Shown here in pieces: positions 32,372-40,532 of a DNA stretch of 64,000 nt. Positions within the stretch are counted from its first letter, which is position 1. Each line of letters opens with the position of its first letter. A program made the translations under genes and the position numbers. Origin of the DNA: Escherichia phage vB_EcoM-E33. The notes under the pieces were generated by a model. It was not told the origin of the DNA, ran no database searches, and worked only from the letters and a program-made list of their open reading frames with translations. Where the stretch lies: the sequence record OL780484.1, one strand, 5' to 3'.

Positions 32372-32650
32372 ATGTTCCCTACTTATTCTGAAATTGTTAA
32401 AGTAGTTTTTAGTCAGATTGTATCTGATTACCTATACGAACCCGTCGACACGTCGACTGAACTAAAGGTGCATGGTCGTTTGTCTGCTATTCTGGAAATC
32501 ATGTTCCCGGATGCAGTTGATGCAATCACTGTTCAACTCACGCCTGGTGCAGCAATTGCAATTGTCCCATTTAAAATTGATAACCACATTTTGGCTATTT
32601 CATGCAAAATGGACTTCCAGAAACAAACGGTAGTTGTCGAAGCAATTTAA
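32372..32650 (+). CDS. hypothetical protein, 92 aa
   Basis: ORF track. Confidence 0.5.
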   Translation: MFPTYSEIVKVVFSQIVSDYLYEPVDTSTELKVHGRLSAILEIMFPDAVDAITVQLTPGAAIAIVPFKIDNHILAISCKMDFQKQTVVVEAI

Positions 32651-32652
32651 GT

Positions 32653-32682
32653 GTTTACACTATGGTAGGACTGTGGTATAGT
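32653..32682 (+). promoter_or_regulatory. T4-type early promoter with a stem-loop in the spacer (ggtaggact/agtcctacc)
   Basis: GTTTACA, 17 nt, TATAGT; inverted repeat read from sequence. Confidence 0.5.
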
Positions 32683-32712
32683 AGTCCTACCGAAACAAAT
32701 GAGGAAATCGAA

Positions 32713-33267
32713 ATGAGCCAGTTCTTTGAAGAGCGTAAGTTTTATAAGTTCGTTGGTGAATACACTAAAAACAAATTCACTAATAACGGTGCTTATGGCC
32801 TCAATACAGCTTTTGCTAAGTATGTGGGTATGAATCCGTTTGAAGTTGAAATTGATTACCATAACGGGAAGCCACGTGTAAGCCGAATTCGTGTATATGA
32901 CGAGATGATGTTTGTCGACCCGAGCAAAATGACAGGTGATCCTAATGATGCAAATAGTGTTCTTTTTAATTCATCAGGCTTTTTTAGCCATGAATTCGAA
33001 TACTTTATCGAAGTGGTAGACCCTAAAGAACTGCAGTTAGTTTTCCAGAACCCTGAAATCAAACCTATTAAAACTCCGGCCGATTGGAAAGTGCTTATTG
33101 TTAAAAATGGTAAGATTGAAGTTCATTCTCGCCATAACACAAAGGAACAAGCCGATCGTCAGGCTGAAGAGCTTTTGACTAAGTCGTTCCAACAAGTGTG
33201 TTATATTGTTAAAGGCGACGTTACCCAAGCTACCACTACCAAACAACTTAAGTTGGAGACCATCTAA
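32713..33267 (+). CDS. hypothetical protein, 184 aa
   Basis: ATG after GAGGAAATCGAA. Confidence 0.5.
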   Translation: MSQFFEERKFYKFVGEYTKNKFTNNGAYGLNTAFAKYVGMNPFEVEIDYHNGKPRVSRIRVYDEMMFVDPSKMTGDPNDANSVLFNSSGFFSHEFEYFIEVVDPKELQLVFQNPEIKPIKTPADWKVLIVKNGKIEVHSRHNTKEQADRQAEELLTKSFQQVCYIVKGDVTQATTTKQLKLETI

Positions 33268-33500
33268 TGCTGAGCGAACAACCTATTACTGTAGAGCAGT
33301 TCCAAGTTAAAGTTAAAGAATTTGCTCAGGCCCTGATTAATAAGGTTTCTGTACGTTTTCCTGACGCAACTCTGCGAGTAATTCAGGAATCACCACGTGC
33401 GGTATTGGTTATCGTTAATCCTAAAAATGGCGGCCAGATTACCCAGTTGAAACTTGGTTCTGATGGTCTGGTCGAAGCGCAGCGAGTGTTCATAGAATGA
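33267..33500 (+). CDS. hypothetical protein, 77 aa
   Basis: ORF track; start overlaps upstream stop. Confidence 0.5.
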   Translation: MLSEQPITVEQFQVKVKEFAQALINKVSVRFPDATLRVIQESPRAVLVIVNPKNGGQITQLKLGSDGLVEAQRVFIE

Positions 33501-34042
33501 AAGCAAGCACATACCTTCAGATTGCATATCTGATTTCTCAAGAATCAAAATGTTGTTCATGGAAAGTGGGTGCGGTTATCGAAAAGAATGGTCGCATTAT
33601 CTCTACAGGCTATAACGGTTCACCGTCCGGCGGTGTTAACTGTTGTGACCACGCTGTGGAACAAGACTGGACCCGTGTTGTGTATGACCCAGCGCGGATG
33701 TCGCATAAATCTGTTCTTCTTAAAGAACACCGCATGGCTCACGCTGCATGGTCATCTAAAAATGAAATCCATGCTGAACTGAATGCTATTTTGTTTGCAG
33801 CTCGTACCGGAAGTTCTATTGATGGCGCTACGATGTACGTGACATTATCTCCGTGCGCCGATTGTGCTAAGTCTATTGCGCAGTCTGGAATTAAAACATT
33901 GGTTTATGCTGAGCTCTATGACCGAAATCCTGAAGGGTGGGACGATATCCTCCGTGAATCAGGCATCGAAGTTATCCAGTATAATCGTACAGGTCTCCGT
34001 TCTTTGAACTGGGAATCAATTCAAAACTATTGTGGTGAATAA
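33497..34042 (+). CDS. cd: dCMP deaminase
   Basis: 181 aa; similarity to remembered T4 Cd (MKASTYLQIAYL-SQESKCCSWKVGAVIEKNGRIISTGYNGSP, HAELNAILFAAR, YVTLSPC-DCAK-IAQSGIK). Confidence 0.9.
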   Translation: MKASTYLQIAYLISQESKCCSWKVGAVIEKNGRIISTGYNGSPSGGVNCCDHAVEQDWTRVVYDPARMSHKSVLLKEHRMAHAAWSSKNEIHAELNAILFAARTGSSIDGATMYVTLSPCADCAKSIAQSGIKTLVYAELYDRNPEGWDDILRESGIEVIQYNRTGLRSLNWESIQNYCGE

Positions 34043-34275
34043 TGAAATTTCGTCTAGTTAAATTTTCAGGTCTGAACTCAAAAGGTGAAAACCTGATAGC
34101 CTATTCAGTAGAATATAAAAAGTACTTTTTCTCTCGTTGGAAATCGTACTATAAATCCGAGTGGGTTCGCGCTGAAATGAAATATAAAACGGTGCCTATT
34201 CTTGATAATTGCCATAGCCTATTAAGAGCTCTAAAAGAGCGTAATGCAACCACTATCAAAACTATTCTGGAATAA
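34042..34275 (+). CDS. hypothetical protein, 77 aa
   Basis: ORF track. Confidence 0.5.
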   Translation: MKFRLVKFSGLNSKGENLIAYSVEYKKYFFSRWKSYYKSEWVRAEMKYKTVPILDNCHSLLRALKERNATTIKTILE

Positions 34276-34277
34276 TT

Positions 34278-34577
34278 ATGATTTTAACCGAACAAGAAAC
34301 TATTCGTCTCCGTGAAAAAGTCAAGACTATTTTGTCTGTTGGTTTTCACGAAGTCCTGTTTGAAAAAGCCGATGGTAGCGCCCGTCGTATGACTTGTACT
34401 CGCGACTTAGACCTGCTGCCATATAAAGAAGTCCAGGCCCCTGGACCAGAAGCCAATAAAGAACCTGTTAATTATATCAGAGTATTTGATACTAAGGTTA
34501 ATGATTGGCGCTCATTCCGTTTCGATAAGCTGATTTCTATTAACGGCCTTCAGACTGAAACTCTGCTTGTCCTGTAA
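34278..34577 (+). CDS. hypothetical protein, 99 aa
   Basis: ORF track. Confidence 0.5.
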   Translation: MILTEQETIRLREKVKTILSVGFHEVLFEKADGSARRMTCTRDLDLLPYKEVQAPGPEANKEPVNYIRVFDTKVNDWRSFRFDKLISINGLQTETLLVL

Positions 34578-34635
34578 TATGCTTTAAGAATAGCGTGTTA
34601 TTATTAATCTATCAACAAAACAATATGGATTAAAT

Positions 34636-34959
34636 ATGGAACTTCCTATTAAAGCGGTCGGAGAATATGTTATTCTCGTTTCCGAACCAAAACAAGCTGG
34701 TGATGAAGAAACTACTGCATCTGGTATCGTTATTGGCAAACTTCATCAAGGTGAAATCCCTGAACTTTGTGAAATTTATTCTGTAGGACCTGATGTCCCT
34801 GAAGATTTTTGTGAAGTAGGTGATTTGACTCCACTTCCTGTTGGTAAGATTGCTAACGTGCCTCATCCTTTGGTTGCATTGGGTATTAAACAACCTAAAG
34901 AAATTAAACAAAAATTCGTTACCTGTCACTATAAAGCTATTCCTTGCCTTTATAAGTGA
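34636..34959 (+). CDS. 31: gp31 co-chaperonin (GroES analogue for capsid protein folding)
   Basis: 107 aa; very high similarity to remembered T4 gp31 ([32 protein letters not shown]). Confidence 0.9.
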   Translation: MELPIKAVGEYVILVSEPKQAGDEETTASGIVIGKLHQGEIPELCEIYSVGPDVPEDFCEVGDLTPLPVGKIANVPHPLVALGIKQPKEIKQKFVTCHYKAIPCLYK

Positions 34960-34967
34960 TATAAATA
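34960..34967 (+). promoter_or_regulatory. T4 late promoter TATAAATA immediately after the gene 31 stop; about 140 nt leader before rIII
   Basis: exact TATAAATA. Confidence 0.5.
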
Positions 34968-35105
34968 ATAATATGGATTGGCTGCCGGACTAGTTAGTTA
35001 ACCGGAGAATCCTAAGCGGTGGACTACAACTGAGAGACTTGCCGAAAGGAAGTGAAATTCAGAAGAACGTGTCCACCAATCTTTATCTCGAATTGAGAAA
35101 CTAAA

Positions 35106-35354
35106 ATGAACAAACAATTGAATCACGCTCTTGAACTGCAACGCAACGCTTGGAACAACGGTCACGAAAACTACGGCGCATCTATTGATGTTGAAGCCGA
35201 AGCACTGGAAATCCTGCGTTATTTCAAACATCTGAATCCTGCTCAGGCTACTCTGGCTGCTGAACTGGAAGCTAAAGATGAACTGAAATTTGCTAAGCCT
35301 TTGGCTTCAGCAGCTCGTAAAGCAGTACGTCATTTTATTATTACCCTGAAGTAA
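35106..35354 (+). CDS. rIII: rIII lysis inhibition accessory protein
   Basis: 82 aa; synteny 31-rIII-30.x; size identical to T4 rIII. Confidence 0.7.
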   Translation: MNKQLNHALELQRNAWNNGHENYGASIDVEAEALEILRYFKHLNPAQATLAAELEAKDELKFAKPLASAARKAVRHFIITLK

Positions 35355-35616
35355 GTTAAATCGAGGAGCCGTCGAACTGTTTGATTAATGATTTGCGAAT
35401 CATTATAGTTTTAAGACCCCAACAGTTTTACGGTGTACCTCTTGAATGTATTTTGTACTATCACGCGTCAGAAAAAGGTTATCTGTCTAAGTCGTGGTTG
35501 GTATGATGACGAGGTTTATGGTTATCCTGTCGTTAAATATCCGAAACCTATGTTCCCCTTGAGGGCTTGCGCAGGCAACGCCAATAAGTCCTGCATCCTA
35601 ATTTAAGAGATTTAAA

Positions 35617-35778
35617 ATGGCTAAGAAAGAAGTTAAAGTAGTTGACGGTACCTCTAAACGCGCTGGTTACAAGCGTGCGTCCAACAAGCGTATCAATCAG
35701 GTAGTTGATAAGCTTCAAGCTCGTGCTCGTGCAGTATTGCGTGCAGATGCTGCTTGCTTTGGTAAGCCTCAGGCATAA
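35617..35778 (+). CDS. small basic protein, 53 aa
   Basis: ATG with good context; codon usage like highly expressed genes; followed by a terminator; below the ORF-track cutoff. Confidence 0.4.
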   Translation: MAKKEVKVVDGTSKRAGYKRASNKRINQVVDKLQARARAVLRADAACFGKPQA

Positions 35779-35783
35779 GTTAT

Positions 35784-35808
35784 GGGACTCTTCGGAGTCC
35801 CATTTTTG
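35784..35808 (+). terminator. intrinsic terminator (gggactc-UUCG-gagtccc plus T-run)
   Basis: hairpin plus TTTTT. Confidence 0.65.
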
Positions 35809-35830
35809 TTTCTAAATCTTTAAAAAAAGG

Positions 35831-35860
35831 GTGTACATCTCCGGTAGGCATGATACTATA
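35831..35860 (+). promoter_or_regulatory. T4-type early promoter heading leader-repeat copy 1
   Basis: GTGTACA, spacer, GATACTATAG; ctccggt/accggag inverted repeat pairs the spacer with the downstream SD. Confidence 0.5.
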
Positions 35861-35900
35861 GACATGTACCAAATAATACTAAAACAAACCGGAGAATAAA

Positions 35901-36233
35901 ATGAAAACTGTAAATCTGAATGCATCTGTTAAAGCTAAATGTTTCAACGGTGAATATCAAGAAACCATGTGGGTCCTGACTGCAGTTGAAGGTGATATCA
36001 TCGAAGTTGAAACAACTGAAGGTATGGGTACTGATTTTACATTCACCATCGAGCTTCACAACTTCTTTACAGGTTGGATTTATGAACTGAAAACTGTAAT
36101 TACTGGTCGTATTGAAGAAAACAAAAATGGTGAATTCTATTATGTTAATGCCCGTACACGTGCTGAACGTCTGATTGCTCAGATGAAAAAAGTTGGTAAA
36201 CTTGATATGAAAAATTGGAATGTTGTGAAATAA
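35901..36233 (+). CDS. hypothetical protein, 110 aa
   Basis: ORF track; RBS GGAGAATAAA. Confidence 0.55.
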   Translation: MKTVNLNASVKAKCFNGEYQETMWVLTAVEGDIIEVETTEGMGTDFTFTIELHNFFTGWIYELKTVITGRIEENKNGEFYYVNARTRAERLIAQMKKVGKLDMKNWNVVK

Positions 36234-36235
36234 AT

Positions 36236-36265
36236 GTTTTACTTTGGTACAGGTTGTGTTATTAT
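36236..36265 (+). promoter_or_regulatory. T4-type early promoter heading leader-repeat copy 2
   Basis: GTTTTAC, spacer, TATTAT; ggtacagg/cctgtacc inverted repeat. Confidence 0.45.
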
Positions 36266-36306
36266 AGACCTGTACCAAATAATACGAAAACAAACTGGAG
36301 AATAAA

Positions 36307-36672
36307 ATGAACTACATCAACTTCGAACGTAAATATGTTTCTAACGGTATCGCTGGTTCTTCTGAAGTTATTTGCCTGTGGAAACACAACAACGGCGCGG
36401 TGTGCGAAATCGAACAGTGCATGACTCCTAACTACGTTTATATGCGCTTTGAAAATGGTATTACGGTTTCAATCACAATGGAAGGTTCTACTTTTAAAAT
36501 CGCTTTAGATGATGATTTCCGTCAACGTGATTTAGGTACCCATCCTTGCTGGAACGGTGTTAATCGTAAGCTTCTGGTTAAAACTTGGATTCGACACATC
36601 CTGAGCAACCGAGCTAAACCTGAACACCTGGAAGCAATCTTTGATGTAGTTCTGAACGAATTCGACATCTAA
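36307..36672 (+). CDS. hypothetical protein, 121 aa
   Basis: ORF track; RBS GGAGAATAAA. Confidence 0.55.
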   Translation: MNYINFERKYVSNGIAGSSEVICLWKHNNGAVCEIEQCMTPNYVYMRFENGITVSITMEGSTFKIALDDDFRQRDLGTHPCWNGVNRKLLVKTWIRHILSNRAKPEHLEAIFDVVLNEFDI

Positions 36673-36713
36673 TCTTAAAAATGGAGGCTTCGGCCTCCTT
36701 TGAGGAAAATATT

Positions 36714-37001
36714 ATGTTTATGACCACTTATTTCGATACTCGTAAAAATTTCTGTGAAGTTGTTTTCTCTAAAGCAGGTAAAGACGTTCCTGCCGACAAA
36801 CAACCTACTCGTGAATCTATTAAGGCCTATGCTGATGTTGTATGTCCAGTAGAATTCCGTACTGTTAATGGTCGTGATACCTTAGCAATCACTAAGCTCA
36901 ACCGTGATATCAATATCGACCCTAGTGCCGCCCGTGAAGTCAACACCTCTGACATCTACGGCGGTAATGTTAAATCACACGGCTTTCAGATGAGGTTCTA
37001 A
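36714..37001 (+). CDS. hypothetical protein, 95 aa
   Basis: ATG after GAGGAAAATATT; upstream hairpin ggaggc-UUCG-gcctcc. Confidence 0.5.
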   Translation: MFMTTYFDTRKNFCEVVFSKAGKDVPADKQPTRESIKAYADVVCPVEFRTVNGRDTLAITKLNRDINIDPSAAREVNTSDIYGGNVKSHGFQMRF

Positions 37002-37195
37002 TGCAACTATTTTTATCGCAAACAGTCCAGTTAAAAGGTGTAGGTATTCCTGGAATGATTTCAAAGGTTCTACCTGCTTTTAAATTAGGTAATGTTACTA
37101 TTAAAGAAGCCTACACCGTCCTATGGGTCGATGGAACTGAAGATGTTCGCATGGGTGGTGAACTGTCTGTAATCAAATGTTTAAAGCGAGGATAA
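37001..37195 (+). CDS. hypothetical protein, 64 aa
   Basis: ORF track. Confidence 0.45.
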   Translation: MQLFLSQTVQLKGVGIPGMISKVLPAFKLGNVTIKEAYTVLWVDGTEDVRMGGELSVIKCLKRG

Positions 37196-37196
37196 T

Positions 37197-37409
37197 ATGG
37201 TTAAGAAATTGATTCAGAAATTATTAGGTACGGAAATGGTCGAAGTGACTTATCGTGTGACTGATTTATCTCCTGTGCATCCGCAAGATGAACCATATAC
37301 TAAAACAATTAAAATGCTGAAATCTGATGGCGGATTATCTATTGAAGACCGTCTACCTGGTTATGGTCATTGGGCTGATGTCGAAATTATAAGTGTCAAA
37401 GATGTCTGA
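37197..37409 (+). CDS. hypothetical protein, 70 aa
   Basis: ORF track. Confidence 0.45.
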   Translation: MVKKLIQKLLGTEMVEVTYRVTDLSPVHPQDEPYTKTIKMLKSDGGLSIEDRLPGYGHWADVEIISVKDV

Positions 37410-37860
37410 GTTAGAAATAAGAAGCAATTTTCCATGGCCATCGTGTGCATTAAGTAACTTTGCTAAATGGCCTTTCGTTATGGATGGTATCCAATTTGGA
37501 GGGCTCGAAGGATTCCTCCAAGGGTGTAAGGTGAGAAATCATGAACAACAAAAACGTATATTTGGGATGTCCGGTCTGGCCGCACAACAAACTGGAAGAG
37601 CTTATGCAAGAGCTGCGGACCGTGGGACGCTTTTCTGGCTTGGAATTCCCTTTTCAAGATACTCTACATCATGGAAAGAGTTGTATACAAATGCATATTT
37701 TGAAGCAGCGCTCCAAAACAAAGGATTCCGCGACGCATTACAAGCTACAAAGGGCAAAGTTTTAAAGCATTCGATGGCGAGCCACCTTACAGAATGTGAT
37801 ACAATACTAACTGAAAAAGAGTTTATCGACATCCTAAACAAATTGAGAGATTTATTATGA
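37393..37860 (+). CDS. NADAR-like (YbiA/DUF1768-like) protein, 155 aa
   Basis: SNFAKWPF ... DGIQFGGLEGFLQGCK resembles the NADAR N-terminal core motif; the C-terminal part is divergent. Confidence 0.45.
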   Translation: MSKMSELEIRSNFPWPSCALSNFAKWPFVMDGIQFGGLEGFLQGCKVRNHEQQKRIFGMSGLAAQQTGRAYARAADRGTLFWLGIPFSRYSTSWKELYTNAYFEAALQNKGFRDALQATKGKVLKHSMASHLTECDTILTEKEFIDILNKLRDLL

Positions 37861-38495
37861 AACCAGTTATCTTAACAGATATCGATGGAGTATGTTTAAG
37901 TTGGCAGTCCGGCTTGCCTTATTTCGCACAGAAATATAATTTGCCTTTAGAACATATTTTGAATATGATTCAGGACGAACGTTTCTTATCTCCTGGTGAG
38001 CTGTTTAATTGTGATAATGAATTAGGCGCTCGTTTAATCGAGAAGTACAATCAGTCAGATTTTATTCGTTATCTGTCTCCTTACATGGACGCATTAAAAC
38101 ATATCAACAAGCTCAAAAAAGACTTCGATTTTGTAGCCGTGACTGCGCTAGGCGACTCAATTGATGCACTGCTGAATAGACAATTCAATTTGAATGCTTT
38201 GTTCCCTGGCGCATTCAAGGAGATTCTGATGTGTGGTCATTCAGAATCAAAAGAAGACCTCTTCATAAGAGCTAAAAATACGTACGGTAAACGTATTAAG
38301 TTTTATGTTGATGATTTGGCTCACCACTGTGATGCCGCATCTAATGTTCTCATGGATATCCAAGTTTATTGGTTGGCTCGTGGTGAACGTGACTTTAAAC
38401 CTAATTTGGCCGTAAAGGTTAATTCATGGGACGATATCGCAGCAATCGAATCCCTTCGTAATAATGCCGCAGTTGAATGGATTGCTCGAGGTTAA
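37857..38495 (+). CDS. HAD-superfamily phosphatase, possibly a 5-prime(3-prime)-deoxyribonucleotidase
   Basis: 212 aa; N-terminal motif I LTDIDGV. Confidence 0.5.
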   Translation: MKPVILTDIDGVCLSWQSGLPYFAQKYNLPLEHILNMIQDERFLSPGELFNCDNELGARLIEKYNQSDFIRYLSPYMDALKHINKLKKDFDFVAVTALGDSIDALLNRQFNLNALFPGAFKEILMCGHSESKEDLFIRAKNTYGKRIKFYVDDLAHHCDAASNVLMDIQVYWLARGERDFKPNLAVKVNSWDDIAAIESLRNNAAVEWIARG

Positions 38496-38496
38496 T

Positions 38497-38646
38497 ATGT
38501 TTGTAGTTCATACAATTTCAGACTATGGTCCTACCACTACAATGGATTATGGTCATGTAAACCAGTTTATTCGTCATGTGAATCATGATTACTCATTTGA
38601 TGTAAATCCGGCTAAAGACCATCCTGTTTGGCGCGAATGCGTCTAA
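38497..38646 (+). CDS. hypothetical protein, 49 aa
   Basis: ATG after GAGG, overlapping the HAD stop. Confidence 0.35.
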   Translation: MFVVHTISDYGPTTTMDYGHVNQFIRHVNHDYSFDVNPAKDHPVWRECV

Positions 38647-38732
38647 CAGGGATTCATTTATGTCCACTTTATGTCCAAGTTCAAATCTGATGGGCGAATG
38701 AGATTTGTGTTCTCTTATCATAAGCGATTAGA

Positions 38733-38760
38733 CTTGCTTTTGGCTGATGTGGCTTATAAT
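38733..38760 (+). promoter_or_regulatory. middle/sigma70-type promoter upstream of DNA ligase (TTGCTTTT, 13 nt, TATAAT)
   Basis: motifs read from sequence. Confidence 0.45.
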
Positions 38761-38785
38761 AGAATCCATGACTAATGAGGTGATT

Positions 38786-40312
38786 ATGATTTTAGATATT
38801 TTAAACGAAATTGCTGCTATTGATTCTACTAAAGCTAAAGAAGCCATTATTGCTCGTGAAAAGGACAATGAGCTTCTGAAACGTGTTTATCGTATGGCTT
38901 ATACCCGTCGTCTGAACTACGGTATTAAAAAGTGGCCAGAACCTGGATTTACATCTCAATCCTTTGGTATGATTACTCTTGAAGACCTTCTTGATTTCGC
39001 TGAATTCACATTAGCCACACGTAAGATTACGGGTAATGCGGCTATTGAAGAACTGGCTCAAATCATTGCTGATGCCAAGGCCCCGGATGCCGAGGTATTA
39101 CGTCGTGTAATGATGCGCGACCTTGAATGTGGTGCATCGATTTCTATTGCTAACAAGGTTTGGAAAGGTTTAATCCCTGAACAACCGCAGATGTTGGCGA
39201 GTTCTTATGATGAAGCTTTGATTAAGAAAAATATTAAATGGCCAGCGTTTGCTCAATTAAAAGCTGATGGTGCTCGTTGTTTTGCCGAAGTTCGTAACGA
39301 TGGTGTGACATTCCTTACTCGTGGTGGTAACGAATATCAAGGGCTTAATCTTTTGGCGGCTGAATTAATGGCCATGACCGAAGAAGCTCGACAACGCCAT
39401 CCTAATGGCGTTATGATTGATGGCGAATTAGTTTACCATACTCCTAAGGTAGAACCTAAAGCATCTAATGATTTGTTTAGTATGTTTGACGAGGAACTTC
39501 CTGAATTAAGTAAGGCTAAGGAATTCCAAACTGCCGCCGATCGTTCTACGTCAAATGGATTGGCTAATAAGGCTCTTCAAGGAACTATTTCGGCTACTGA
39601 AGCCGCTGGTATGGTATTACAGGCATGGGATTATGTCCCACTGGATGTCGTGTATTCTGAAGGCAAAATTAAAGGCGATAAGTATGATGTACGCTTTACA
39701 GCCTTAGAACTTATGGTGGCTCATAATGTCGTATTGCATGGTACAACGCGGGTTGAAGCTATCGAAAACCAGTGGGTTAATAATCTTGAAGAAGCTAAAG
39801 TCGTTTATAAGAAATATGTCGACCAGGGCCTGGAAGGTATTATCCTTAAGAACATGGACTCCTACTGGGAAAACCGCCGTTCTAAGAATCTTATCAAGTT
39901 CAAAGAAGTAATCGATATTGCTTTAGAAGTGGTGGGTTATTATGAACACTCGAAGGACCCTAACAAGCTAGGTGGTGTCGAGTTGGTATCACGTTGTCGT
40001 CGAATTACAAGCGACTGTGGTTCAGGCTTTAAAGATACCACCCATAAGAAAGATAAATCAGGTAAAAAAGTATTGATTCCATTGGAAGACCGTCCTGATT
40101 TAGACCGTGAACTTCTTATGAAACAAGCTCGTGAAGGTAAATTGATTGGCCGTATTGCCGACTGTGAATGTAATGGTTGGGTTCATTCTAAAGGACGTAC
40201 CGATACTGTAGGTATTTTCCTTCCAATTATTAAAGGTTGGCGTTTCGATAAAACAGAAGCTGATACATTTGAAGATGTATTCGGGTCGTGGGACCAAACA
40301 GGACTTAATTAA
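38786..40312 (+). CDS. 30: ATP-dependent DNA ligase gp30
   Basis: 508 aa from MILDILNEIAAI; similarity to remembered T4 ligase (KDNELLKRVYR, FAQLKADGARCFAEVR, IDGELVYH). Confidence 0.9.
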   Translation: MILDILNEIAAIDSTKAKEAIIAREKDNELLKRVYRMAYTRRLNYGIKKWPEPGFTSQSFGMITLEDLLDFAEFTLATRKITGNAAIEELAQIIADAKAPDAEVLRRVMMRDLECGASISIANKVWKGLIPEQPQMLASSYDEALIKKNIKWPAFAQLKADGARCFAEVRNDGVTFLTRGGNEYQGLNLLAAELMAMTEEARQRHPNGVMIDGELVYHTPKVEPKASNDLFSMFDEELPELSKAKEFQTAADRSTSNGLANKALQGTISATEAAGMVLQAWDYVPLDVVYSEGKIKGDKYDVRFTALELMVAHNVVLHGTTRVEAIENQWVNNLEEAKVVYKKYVDQGLEGIILKNMDSYWENRRSKNLIKFKEVIDIALEVVGYYEHSKDPNKLGGVELVSRCRRITSDCGSGFKDTTHKKDKSGKKVLIPLEDRPDLDRELLMKQAREGKLIGRIADCECNGWVHSKGRTDTVGIFLPIIKGWRFDKTEADTFEDVFGSWDQTGLN

Positions 40313-40482
40313 TGAAAGTTTATTTAGAAACAATTGTTATATCAAATACAAATATTACGGCAGTCTCTCAAATCATCCTTGATTTTGAGGACGAAATAGC
40401 TTTTGCTGATTTTAAAGATACCTTCGATGGCTATGAAAAAGGCCCTACATTCGAAGTATATCGTACACTGTTACCACTTTAA
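40312..40482 (+). CDS. hypothetical acidic protein, 56 aa
   Basis: ATG overlapping the ligase stop (TAATG); stop lies within the terminator stem. Confidence 0.35.
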   Translation: MKVYLETIVISNTNITAVSQIILDFEDEIAFADFKDTFDGYEKGPTFEVYRTLLPL

Positions 40483-40499
40483 GGCCTTCGGGCCTTTTC
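40482..40499 (+). terminator. intrinsic terminator (aggcc-UUCG-ggcct plus TTTT)
   Basis: hairpin plus T-run. Confidence 0.5.
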
Positions 40500-40532
40500 T
40501 GGCATAAATAAGGTTATTAAAGAGGAATTATT

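Noticed and set aside
35355-35616. tRNA or group I intron in the ORF-free region after rIII
   Set aside because: I could not fold a cloverleaf with a T-loop, nor find intron core elements by eye; left as an unexplained non-coding stretch pending a covariance-model scan.
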